From Neocallimastix sp. 'constans' (taxonomy: Eukaryota), in assembly GCA_050613775.1 (NCBI GenBank), contig JBODTK010000153.1, forward strand, positions 1-64,000: a DNA stretch of 64,000 nucleotides, in the 5' to 3' direction. Positions 1 through 10,800 of this stretch are shown here, piece by piece (within the stretch, counting starts at the first letter, position 1; each line of letters opens with the position of its first letter). The notes below the pieces were generated by a model. The model searched no databases. It saw nothing but the letters and a program-made list of their open reading frames with translations, and was not told where the DNA came from. Both the position numbers and the translations under genes were made by a program.

Positions 1-88
1 AATAAATTTATAAATAAAAATAATAAATAAATAAATAAAATTTGTGTTTCCTTACTTTATTTTTATTTAATTCTCTAAAACCTTAACA
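1..88. mobile_element. Probable terminus (...CCTTAACA) of another LTR element inserted 17 bp inside the host chromovirus 3' LTR; the rest lies outside the window
   Basis: 89-105 equals the host LTR end at 18673-18689. The match stops abruptly at a ...AACA end (TGTTAAGG on minus), which resembles an LTR terminus. Confidence 0.55.
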
Positions 89-107
89 CTGAGGATTTCG
101 TTACATG

Positions 108-1048
108 TGTAAAATATTTAATAATTTGAATACGTATTTAAATGTAATGTAATGTAAATTATTGTGGATAAAAATGTTTTCCAAATTTTTAATATAAATT
201 TAAATGTATTCCAAATTATTAATTTAATTAATTTTCTCAAAAATGTATGACTAAATTATTTGGAGAATTTACATCATTATTACTCACTTTGAATCATGAA
301 ACTTGTAAATTAAAAATAATTAGTCATGAAACTTGTAAATTAAAAATAATTAGTCATAAATTAGTTAAATTAAAATAATCAAAGAAAAATTGCCTTTTCC
401 GTTTGTTTACAAAAACTTGCCGTTTTGTTTATTTATTTTTAGAAATATTAGATAGTTTTAAATAGTTTTTATATTAAAATAATTCATAACATTTCATGTA
501 ATTTATTATTAAATGTAATTACAAATATATAATAATATTTTAGTTAGTTTATTACAATCTATTCAATTTAAATTTTAATTTTCAAAAAGTATAAAAAGAG
601 TTAATTTTCAACTATTGAACGATAGTTGGAAAATAGTATAGAAAATAGTATAGTTTAGTTAGAAAATAGAATAGTATAGGAAATATTATAGATAAGATAG
701 ATAGTACAAATTTTATATTTTATTAATTAGTATTATAACTATTATTAGAATAGTTATCTTTTATAAAACAAATTTTATTTTAAATTTTATTTTAAAATCT
801 TAACTGCTAGTAGGCTTTCCGGTAAAGGACCCTACGGTACCCAGTTAAGTGATTGTTGATTTTAGAATAGTTAAATTCAACAAATAAGAAATATTAATAA
901 AAGGATTTTTTTTATAAAACAAAAAATTAAATTAGTTTTTTAGTTTTAGTGTTTTATTTAATAATTAATTATAGTGTTGATAAAATAAAATAGTGTAAAA
1001 TAAATTATAGTCTGTCCTCGCCGACTTAAGCTATTATTTTATTTTACA
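108..1048 (+). repeat. 5' LTR of copy 1
   Basis: Direct repeat of 5807-6747, TGTAAAAT...ATTTTACA. Confidence 0.97.
590..634 (+). promoter_or_regulatory. LTR TATA box (590-597) and predicted transcript 5' end / self-primer AGTTGGAAAAT (624-634)
   Basis: 624-634 is the exact reverse complement of the 11 nt after the LTR (1049-1059). TATAAAAA starts 34 nt upstream. Confidence 0.8.
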
Positions 1049-1059
1049 ATTTTCCAACT
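1049..1059 (+). promoter_or_regulatory. Self-priming PBS ATTTTCCAACT (copy 1; same sequence at 7705-7715 in copy 2)
   Basis: No TGG tRNA-type PBS; 11/11 complementarity to the LTR. Confidence 0.85.
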
Positions 1060-1204
1060 CGTTAGATTAGTATAGTTTACCTTTGTGTAGGATAGACTAG
1101 TAATAGTATAAAAATTTTTTTTTTTTTTTTGAAATAATAATTAAAAAGTGGATTTAGTAATACTTTATAGTTTAATTTATAGTTTAATAAATAATAATAA
1201 TAAG

Positions 1205-4200
1205 ATGAATTACATAAATATCAACAATCAACATCCAGGAGCTAGGGGAGACTTTGACGCAGCCTCTGAAGCCAGCTCCATGGAAATAGAAAATGAGGTT
1301 GGTAATAACGTCAATACCAGGGCACGCCTCATTCCGAAACCAAAAGCATTCTCCGGAAGAAGAAACGAACTACCAGCCTTCCTTGGTCAAATCAACCGAT
1401 ATTTTAAGTACAATTTAGACGAAGAAGCTGCTGCTGATGACGAATTCAAGATTGATATCATAAGTAGTTATTTGGAGGGAAACGCTGCTGAATGGTTTGC
1501 TGATCTAGTTAAAGAAGAAAGTCCACTATTGGAAAATTATGAGAATTTTATTGACGCTTTGCAACAACGTTACAAATCCTGTGCGAGTTCAGATGTCGCG
1601 AACAGTCGACTTACCAAGATACGTAGCCAACAATTTAGAACAATAGCCGAATACTGCAATCAGTTCGAGAAAATAGCCAGAGATTCATCATTTAATGACG
1701 AAGCTAAAATCCATTTTTTCATTGAGGGTTTACCAACAAGAGAAAAAGAAAGAACCAAACTAATTTATCCTAGAATTAGAAGAATTAATGAACTAATTAA
1801 TGTTGTAGCTGCTAATGCTGAAGAAGATCGTCGTGTTAACGGAAATGACCCAATGGATATAGATCAAAGAAGAATTAGACCTTTTCGTAGGGATTTAGGA
1901 TCAAGCCGTTACCAAAATAATTACCGAAGTAGCCAAAATTACAGGGATTCTTCACCAAAGAGGTCAAACAAACCGAAGAAGTGTTTTATATGTAAGAGCA
2001 CAAGCCACTTAAAGGAAAACTGTCCCAAGCAACAGGACAAAATTAGAAGAAGAGAAAAGATCTTACAGATTAAATTGAGCGAGAAAAGTTTAACTCACAC
2101 TTACAATGTTGTTTTTAAGTACAAAAATGGTTTTATTATGTCCGCAATTCTAGATACTGGCTCAGATCTTAATATTATGGATAGAGCTACCGCCGATAAA
2201 TACCAGATCCCAGTACAACGAATCCGCCATGAGAAAAACGTTATCGGATTTAACGGAAATGGAACAATTCGTTATGAAACCATTCCATTAACTATGGTCA
2301 TGGGTCAACATATCGAAACCATTCAATTTTACATTTATAGTTTACCAAAAGGAATTTCGGTTATTTTAGGAAATCCATGGTTGAAGAAGCATTGCCCAAC
2401 AATTGAATTTGATAAAGGTAATATCAGATTCAGTTCCCAATACTGCAAGAGAAATTGTTGTGCCACCGCTGAAGATATTATGAGAAGAACAACTGAAGAA
2501 AAGAAGAAAAAAGATGAAATCCGCCGAAGTAAGATACAATTAGCTAGAGAAATTATTAATAATTATAATAATGTATTAGATAGTTTAGATAATAATGATG
2601 TTAAAAAATTAGTCGATAATAAAAATAAATTATGTAGTAAAAAATCACGTAATATAAAGGCTATTATGAAAAAAGCCTTAGTTAAAAAAGAAAAATGTAT
2701 TAAAAGAAAAGAATTAAATAAAGGAAAATTTGAAAATTATGCTTTCTGTTATGTTTTAAAAAATGAAAATAAAGATAAAAGTGTTATTAAATGTGATTAT
2801 AATAATGAAAGTGTTAAAGAAAATAAAAGTTTGGAAAGAATACCAAAACAATATGAGAAATTCAAAAATGTGTTTGATGAACAAGAGTGTAACGAATTAC
2901 CACCACACCGTCCATACGACTGTAAAATTAGATTAAAGGATGATGTAGACTTATTTTATGGACCATTATATCCATTAACGGAAGAAGAACGTGAAGCTTT
3001 AAAAGAATATATCAAAGAAAATTTAGAAAAAGGCTTCATTAGACCTTCAACATCTCCTGCTGGTGCTCCAATTTTATTCGTTAGAAAAAAGGATGGAAGT
3101 TTAAGACTCTGTGTCGATTATCGAAGACTTAATGAAAATACTATAAGGGACTCCTATCCACTCCCTTTAATCACCGAGCTTTTTGACAGATTGAGAGAAG
3201 CTAAGTATTTTACTAAGTTAGATTTAAAATCAGCATATAATCTAGTAAGAATTCGTAAAGGAGATGAGTATAAAACCGCTTTCAGAACAAGATACGGTCA
3301 TTATGAATACCGAGTAATGCCCTTTGGATTAAAGAATGCACCTGCAACTTTCCAACACTTTATTAATGACGTTTTAGGAGAATACTTAGATGAATTTGCT
3401 TTTGCCTATATCGATGATATACTTATTTATTCTGAGACATTAGAAGAACACCGTACACATGTTAAGAAAATACTTAAGAAATTACAAGAAAGTGGTCTTT
3501 ATGCAAAATTAAGTAAGAGTGAATTTGAAGTCCAGAAAACAACATTCTTGGGGCACGTAATATCCAATCAAGGAATTTCCATGGATCCGGATAAAGTTAA
3601 GTCTATCTTAGAATGGCCAATACCAACTACAGTCAAAGAAGTACAATCATTTATAGGTTTATGCAACTACTACCGAAGATTCATCCCAAACTTTGCTAAA
3701 ATTGCTAAGCCGTTACACAACTTAACAAGAAAAGATGTTAAATATGAATGGACTGAAGAATGTTCTGTCGCATTCGAAACTTTAAAGAAACTCTTTACAA
3801 AAGAACCAATACTTGTTCATGCAGATCCAGAATTACTGTTTATAGTAGAGACAGATGCAAGTAATTTTGCAATTGGTGCCGTATTATCTCAAAGAAATAA
3901 GGATACAAATGAGTTACATCCAATTTGTTATTATTCAAGAGGTTTAACAAAATCTGAAAAGAATTATCCAATATATGACAAGGAATTATTAGCTGTCAAG
4001 TGTGCGTTACAAGAATGGAGACATTACTTAGAAGGGGCTAAGCATCAATTTACAATTTATACCGATCATAAAAATTTAACTTTTCCACGTAAACCTGAGT
4101 TGTTATCTCAACGTCAAATAAGATGGAACTTATTCTTATCTCGATTTGATTACAAAATACAATATAGACCAGGAAAAGAAGGTGGAAAACCAGATGCTTT

Positions 4201-5773
4201 TTCGAGAAGACCAGATTATGAAAATCAAGAAATAGATGATGAAAAAGAAACTTCAACTTGTCTTACAATACAAGAAGCTACAGAAGATTTATGTTTGGTT
4301 GCAATTCAAGGGAACTTAAAAGATGAATTGATAAAAGAAATTAAAGATGATGAAGTCATACAAGAATTAATCAAGATCAAAAAAGGAGAATCTACTTCTA
4401 ATAATAAATATAAAAATAAAATGAAAGACTTTACTATTGACGAAGAAGGTTTATTATTATATAAGGGTTTAATTTTCGTTCCAAAGAAGATGAGAAATAT
4501 TATCATTGCTATTCATCATGATAATCCAGTTCAAGGTCATTTTGGTATTCTCAAAACCAAAGAAATTATAAGTAGAAATTTTGTTTGGTTTAAGATGACT
4601 TCCGATATTGTTAAGTATATCGCATCATGCAAAACATGTGCTCAAGTAAAAGATGATCGCCACCGTCCTTATGGATTACTTCAACCTCTTCCTACTCCAA
4701 AAAGACCATGGTTCTCAGTCTCAATGGATTTTATAACTGATTTACCTAAGTCAAGAGACAAAACAGTTATAATGGTCGTAGTTGATAGATTAACAAAGAT
4801 GGCTCACTTTATTCCATTTAGAAGTATACCTACTGCTCAAATCGCTGCTGATGTATTTTTTAGAGAAGTTTTTCGTTTACACGGATTACCAGAAGATATT
4901 ACTTCCGATAGAGGATCTCAATTCACCTCCGAATTCTGGCAAAGACTTTGTAGTTTATTAGATATTCGTCAAAATTTGTCAACAGCACATCACCCTCAAA
5001 CAGATGGTCAAACTGAACGAGTTAATGGTATATTAGAACAATTTTTAAGGTGCTATATTAACAAAAGAAAAAATAACTGGATGGACATTCTTCCTTATGC
5101 TGAATTCGCATATAATAACACATTACAACAATCGACTAATCAGACACCATTCTTCTCAAATTATGGTTTTAATCCAAAATTCAATCCAGTTATACCTGCT
5201 GATAGCAGAAGAACAAGTACCATTGACCATGTTGAACAAATAAGGAAAAACATGCAATTCCTCAAGAAAAATTTAGAAAAAGCTAAGGAAAGATATAAGA
5301 GATATGCAGATCACTTAAGAATTGTAGGACCAAAATTAAAAGTAGGTGATAAAGTTTGGTTAAAGCGTCCAGATTTGCTTCCTAAAGGTCCAGCTAAGTT
5401 AACAAATAGAAAACTCGGTCCTTTTAAAATTATTGAAAAAACAGGCCCTGTTTCTTATAAATTAGAATTACCTGATACTATTAAATGCCATAATGTTTTC
5501 CATATTTCAAATCTAGAACCTTACAATGAAAGAGAATTTAATGAATCAAGTGCAAGTACTATTACTCGAATTACTTCGATCGCTACTGATACTGAAGGAA
5601 AGGAACCTTTGAAGATTGTTGCCGCTAAAGTTGTTAACAATAAACCTTTTTACTTTATGTTATGGAAAGGACTTCCAGCTACTGAATGTACTTGGTTGTC
5701 TGAAGATGAAATCACTGATCCTCAATTAGTTCAAGAGTTCAATAAAACAAATAGAGTTCCTTCTAGATTATAA
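1205..5773 (+). CDS. Gag-PR-RT-RNaseH-IN-chromodomain polyprotein
   Basis: CCHC knuckle CFICKSTSHLKENC, protease ILDTGS, RT YIDD, RNase H TDAS, integrase HHCC plus MDF/SDRG/TERVN, GPF motif, C-terminal chromodomain. First ATG is at 1205 (the ORF track begins at GTG 1148). Confidence 0.97.
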   Translation: MNYININNQHPGARGDFDAASEASSMEIENEVGNNVNTRARLIPKPKAFSGRRNELPAFLGQINRYFKYNLDEEAAADDEFKIDIISSYLEGNAAEWFADLVKEESPLLENYENFIDALQQRYKSCASSDVANSRLTKIRSQQFRTIAEYCNQFEKIARDSSFNDEAKIHFFIEGLPTREKERTKLIYPRIRRINELINVVAANAEEDRRVNGNDPMDIDQRRIRPFRRDLGSSRYQNNYRSSQNYRDSSPKRSNKPKKCFICKSTSHLKENCPKQQDKIRRREKILQIKLSEKSLTHTYNVVFKYKNGFIMSAILDTGSDLNIMDRATADKYQIPVQRIRHEKNVIGFNGNGTIRYETIPLTMVMGQHIETIQFYIYSLPKGISVILGNPWLKKHCPTIEFDKGNIRFSSQYCKRNCCATAEDIMRRTTEEKKKKDEIRRSKIQLAREIINNYNNVLDSLDNNDVKKLVDNKNKLCSKKSRNIKAIMKKALVKKEKCIKRKELNKGKFENYAFCYVLKNENKDKSVIKCDYNNESVKENKSLERIPKQYEKFKNVFDEQECNELPPHRPYDCKIRLKDDVDLFYGPLYPLTEEEREALKEYIKENLEKGFIRPSTSPAGAPILFVRKKDGSLRLCVDYRRLNENTIRDSYPLPLITELFDRLREAKYFTKLDLKSAYNLVRIRKGDEYKTAFRTRYGHYEYRVMPFGLKNAPATFQHFINDVLGEYLDEFAFAYIDDILIYSETLEEHRTHVKKILKKLQESGLYAKLSKSEFEVQKTTFLGHVISNQGISMDPDKVKSILEWPIPTTVKEVQSFIGLCNYYRRFIPNFAKIAKPLHNLTRKDVKYEWTEECSVAFETLKKLFTKEPILVHADPELLFIVETDASNFAIGAVLSQRNKDTNELHPICYYSRGLTKSEKNYPIYDKELLAVKCALQEWRHYLEGAKHQFTIYTDHKNLTFPRKPELLSQRQIRWNLFLSRFDYKIQYRPGKEGGKPDAFSRRPDYENQEIDDEKETSTCLTIQEATEDLCLVAIQGNLKDELIKEIKDDEVIQELIKIKKGESTSNNKYKNKMKDFTIDEEGLLLYKGLIFVPKKMRNIIIAIHHDNPVQGHFGILKTKEIISRNFVWFKMTSDIVKYIASCKTCAQVKDDRHRPYGLLQPLPTPKRPWFSVSMDFITDLPKSRDKTVIMVVVDRLTKMAHFIPFRSIPTAQIAADVFFREVFRLHGLPEDITSDRGSQFTSEFWQRLCSLLDIRQNLSTAHHPQTDGQTERVNGILEQFLRCYINKRKNNWMDILPYAEFAYNNTLQQSTNQTPFFSNYGFNPKFNPVIPADSRRTSTIDHVEQIRKNMQFLKKNLEKAKERYKRYADHLRIVGPKLKVGDKVWLKRPDLLPKGPAKLTNRKLGPFKIIEKTGPVSYKLELPDTIKCHNVFHISNLEPYNEREFNESSASTITRITSIATDTEGKEPLKIVAAKVVNNKPFYFMLWKGLPATECTWLSEDEITDPQLVQEFNKTNRVPSRL

Positions 5774-5806
5774 GTCGCTCAGGGGCTCGACTTAAACAGA
5801 GGGGCA

Positions 5807-6747
5807 TGTAAAATATTTAATAATTTGAATACGTATTTAAATGTAATGTAATGTAAATTATTGTGGATAAAAATGTTTTCCAAATTTTTAATATAAATTT
5901 AAATGTATTCCAAATTATTAATTTAATTAATTTTCTCAAAAATGTATGACTAAATTATTTGGAGAATTTACATCATTATTACTCACTTTGAATCATGAAA
6001 CTTGTAAATTAAAAATAATTAGTCATGAAACTTGTAAATTAAAAATAATTAGTCATAAATTAGTTAAATTAAAATAATCAAAGAAAAATTGCCTTTTCCG
6101 TTTGTTTACAAAAACTTGCCGTTTTGTTTATTTATTTTTAGAAATATTAGATAGTTTTAAATAGTTTTTATATTAAAATAATTCATAACATTTCATGTAA
6201 TTTATTATTAAATGTAATTACAAATATATAATAATATTTTAGTTAGTTTATTACAATCTATTCAATTTAAATTTTAATTTTCAAAAAGTATAAAAAGAGT
6301 TAATTTTCAACTATTGAACGATAGTTGGAAAATAGTATAGAAAATAGTATAGTTTAGTTAGAAAATAGAATAGTATAGGAAATATTATAGATAAGATAGA
6401 TAGTACAAATTTTATATTTTATTAATTAGTATTATAACTATTATTAGAATAGTTATCTTTTATAAAACAAATTTTATTTTAAATTTTATTTTAAAATCTT
6501 AACTGCTAGTAGGCTTTCCGGTAAAGGACCCTACGGTACCCAGTTAAGTGATTGTTGATTTTAGAATAGTTAAATTCAACAAATAAGAAATATTAATAAA
6601 AGGATTTTTTTTATAAAACAAAAAATTAAATTAGTTTTTTAGTTTTAGTGTTTTATTTAATAATTAATTATAGTGTTGATAAAATAAAATAGTGTAAAAT
6701 AAATTATAGTCTGTCCTCGCCGACTTAAGCTATTATTTTATTTTACA
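5807..6747 (+). repeat. 3' LTR of copy 1
   Basis: No differences from 108-1048 seen by eye. Confidence 0.97.
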
Positions 6748-6752
6748 ACATG

Positions 6753-7704
6753 TGTAAAATATTTGTAAAATATTTAATAATTTGAATACGTATTTAAATG
6801 TAATGTAATGTAAATTATTGTGGATAAAAATGTTTTCCAAATTTTTAATATAAATTTAAATGTATTCCAAATTATTAATTTAATTAATTTTCTCTAAAAT
6901 GTATGACTAAATTATTTGGAGAATTTACATCATTATTACTCACTTTGAATCATGGAACTTTGTAAATTAAAAATAATTAGTCATGAAACTTGTAAATTAA
7001 AAATAATTAGTCATAAATTAGTTAAATTAAAATAATCAAAGAAAAATTGCCTTTTCCGTTTGTTTACAAAAACTTGCCGTTTTGTTTATTTATTTTTAGA
7101 AATATTAGATAGTTTTAAATAGTTTTTATATTAAAATAACTCATAAAAATTCATGTAATTTATTATTAAATGTAATTACAAATATATAATAATATTTTAG
7201 TTAGTTTATTACAATCTATTCAATTTAAATTTTAATTTTCAAAAAGTATAAAATGAGTTAATTTTCAACTATTGAACGATAGTTGGAAAATAGTATAGAA
7301 AATAGTATAGTTTAGTTAGAAAATAGAATAGTATAGGAAATATTATAGATAAGATAGATAGTACAAATTTTATATTTTATTAATTAGTATTATAACTATT
7401 ATTAGAATAGTTATCTTTTATAAAACAAATTTTATTTTAAATTTTATTTTAAAATCTTAACTGCTAGTAGGCTTTCCGGTAAAGGACCCTACGGTACCCA
7501 GTTAAGTGATTGTTGATTTTAGAATAGTTAAATTCAACAAATAAGAAATATTAATAAAAGGATTTTTTTATAAAACAAAAAATTAAATTAGTTTTTTAGT
7601 TTTAGTGTTTTAGTTAATAATTAATTATAGTGTTGATATAATAAAATAGTGTAAAATAAATTATAGTCTGTCCTCGCCGACCTAAGCTATTATTTTATTT
7701 TACA
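6753..7704 (+). repeat. 5' LTR of copy 2
   Basis: Direct repeat of 12459-13410. Confidence 0.97.
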
Positions 7705-7856
7705 ATTTTCCAACTCGTTAGATTAGTATAACTTACCTTTGCGTAGGATAGACTAGTAATAATATAAGAATTTTTTTATTTTGAAATAATAATTAAAAAG
7801 TGGAATTAGTAATACTTTATAGTTTAATTTATAGTTTAATAAATAATAATAATAAA

Positions 7857-10800
7857 ATGAATTACATAAATATCAACAATCAACATCCAGGAGCTAGGGG
7901 AGACTTTGACGCAGCCTCTGAAGCCAGCTCCATGGAAATAGAAAATGAGGTTGGTAATAACGTCAATACCAGGGCACGCCTCATTCCGAAACCAAAAGCA
8001 TTCTCCGGAAGAAGAAACGAACTACCAGCTTTCCTTGGTCAAATCAACCGATATTTTAAGTACAATTTAGACGAAGAAGCTGCCGCTGATGACGAATTCA
8101 AGATTGATATTATAAGTAGTTATTTGGAAGGAAACGCTGCTGAATGGTTTGCTGATCTAGTTAAAGAAGAAAGTCCACTATTGGAAAACTACGAAAACTT
8201 TATTGACGCTTTGCAGCAACGTTACAAATCCTGTGCGAGTTCAGATGTCGCGAACAGTCAACTTACCAAGACACGTAGCCAACAATTTAGAACAATAGCC
8301 GAATACTGCAATCAGTTCGAGAAAATAGCCAGAGATTCATCATTTAATGACGAAGCTAAAATCCATTTTTTCATCGAGGGTTTACCAACAAGAGAAAAAG
8401 AAAGAACCAAACTAATTTATCCTAGAATTAGAAGAATTAATGAACTAATTAATGTTGTAGCTGCTAATGCTGAAGAAGATCGTCGTTTTAACGGAAATGA
8501 CCCAATGGATATAGATCAAAGAAGAATTAGACCTTTTCGTAGGGATTTAGGATCAAGTCGTTACCAAAATAATTATCGAAGTAGCCAAAATTACAGGGAT
8601 TCTTCACCAAAGAGATCAAACAAACCGAAGAAGTATTTTATATGTAAGAGCACAAGACATTTAAAGGAAAACTGTCCCAAGCAACAGGACAAAATTAGAA
8701 GAAGAGAAAGGGTCTTACAGATTAAATTGAGTGAGAAAAGTTTAGCTCACACTTACAAAGTTGTTTTTAAGTACAAAAATGGTTTTATTATGCCCGCAAT
8801 TCTAGATACTGGTTCAGATCTTAATATTATGGATAGAGCTACCGCCGATAAATACCAGATCCCAATGCAACGAATCCGCCATGAGAAAAACATTATCGGA
8901 TTTAATGGAAATGGAACAATTCGTTATGAAACCATTCCATTAACTATGGTCATGGGTCAACACACCGAAACCATTCAATTTTACATTTACAGTTTACCAA
9001 AAGGAATTTCGGTTATTTTAGGAAATCCATGGTTGAAGAAGCATTGCCCAACAATTGAATTTGATAAAGGTAATATCAGATTCAGTTCCCAATACTGCAA
9101 GAGAAATTGTTGTGCCACCGCTGAAGATATTATGAGAAGAACAACTGAAGAAAAGAAGAAAAAAGATGAAATCCGCCGAAGTAAGATACAATTAGTTAGA
9201 GAAATTATTAATAATTATAATGATGTATTAGATAGTTTAGATAATAATGATGTTAAAAAATTAGTCGATAATAAAAATAAATTATGTAGTAAAAAATCAC
9301 GTAATATAAAGGCTATTATGAAAAAAGCTTTAGTTAAAAAAGAAAAATGTATTAAAAGAAAAGAATTAAATAAAGGAAAATTTGAAAATTATGCTTTCTG
9401 TTATGTTTTAAAAAATGAAAATAAAGATAAAAGTGTTATTAAATGTGATTATAATAATGAAAGTGTTAAAGAAAATAAAAGTTTGGAAAGAATACCAAAA
9501 CAATATGAGAAATTTAAAAATGTGTTTGATGAACAAGAGTGTAACGAATTACCACCACATCGTCCATACGACTGTAAAATTAGATTAAAGGATGATGTAG
9601 ACTTATTTTATGGACCATTATATCCATTAACGGAAGAAGAACGTGAAGCTTTAAAAGAATATATCAAAGAAAATTTAGAAAAAGGCTTCATTAGACCTTC
9701 AACATCTCCTGCTGGTGCTCCAATTCTATTCGTTAGAAAAAAGGATGGAAGTTTAAGACTTTGTGTCGATTATCGAAGACTTAATGAAAATACTATAAGG
9801 GATTCCTATCCACTCCCTTTAATCACCGAGCTTTTTGACAGATTGAGAGAAGCTAAGTATTTTACTAAGTTAGATTTAAAATCAGCTTATAACCTGGTAA
9901 GAATACGTGAAGGTGATGAATATAAAACAGCATTTCGAACAAGATATGGTCATTTCGAATATCTTGTTATGCCATTTGGTTTGAAGAATGCTCCAGCAAC
10001 TTTCCAACACTTTATTAATGACGTTTTAGGAGAATACTTAGATGAATTTGCTTTTGCCTATATCGATGATATACTTATTTATTCTGAGACATTAGAAGAA
10101 CACCGTACACATGTTAAGAAAATACTTAAGAAATTACAAGAAAGTGGTCTTTATGCAAAATTAAGTAAGAGTGAATTTGAAGTCCAGAAAACAACATTCT
10201 TGGGGCACGTAATATCCAATCAAGGAATTTCCATGGATCCGGATAAAGTTAAGTCTATCTTAGAATGGCCAATACCAACTACAGTCAAAGAAGTACAATC
10301 ATTTATAGGTTTATGCAACTACTACCGAAGATTCATCCCAAACTTTGCTAAAATTGCTAAGCCGTTACACAACTTGACAAGAAAAGATGTTAAATATGAA
10401 TGGACTGAAGAATGTTCTGTCGCATTCGATACTTTAAAGAAACTCTTTACAAAAGAACCAATACTTGTTCATGCAGATCCAGAATTACCGTTTATAGTAG
10501 AGACAGATGCAAGTAATTTTGCAATCGGTGCTGTGTTATCTCAAAGACAAAAATATACAAACGCATTACATCCAATTTGTTATTATTCAAGAGGTTTAAC
10601 AAAATCTGAAAAGAATTATCCAATATATGACAAAGAATTATTAGCTGTCAAGTGTGCGTTACAAGAATGGAGACATTACTTAGAAGGGGCTAAGCATCAA
10701 TTTACAATTTATACCGATCATAAAAATTTAACTTTTCCACGTAAACCTGAGTTGTTATCTCAACGTCAAATAAGATGGAACTTATTCTTATCTCGATTTG

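Larger units (their letters stand above)
108..6747 (+). mobile_element. Full-length Ty3/Gypsy chromovirus (Tf1/sushi-like), copy 1
   Basis: 941-bp LTRs TG..CA at 108-1048 and 5807-6747; TSD ACATG at 103-107 and 6748-6752; PPT AAACAGAGGGG before 5807; single gag-pol ORF. Confidence 0.97.

Noticed and set aside
5807..7704. Tandem formed by LTR-LTR recombination or assembly duplication
   Set aside because: Two full LTRs of different haplotype are separated by a TSD.
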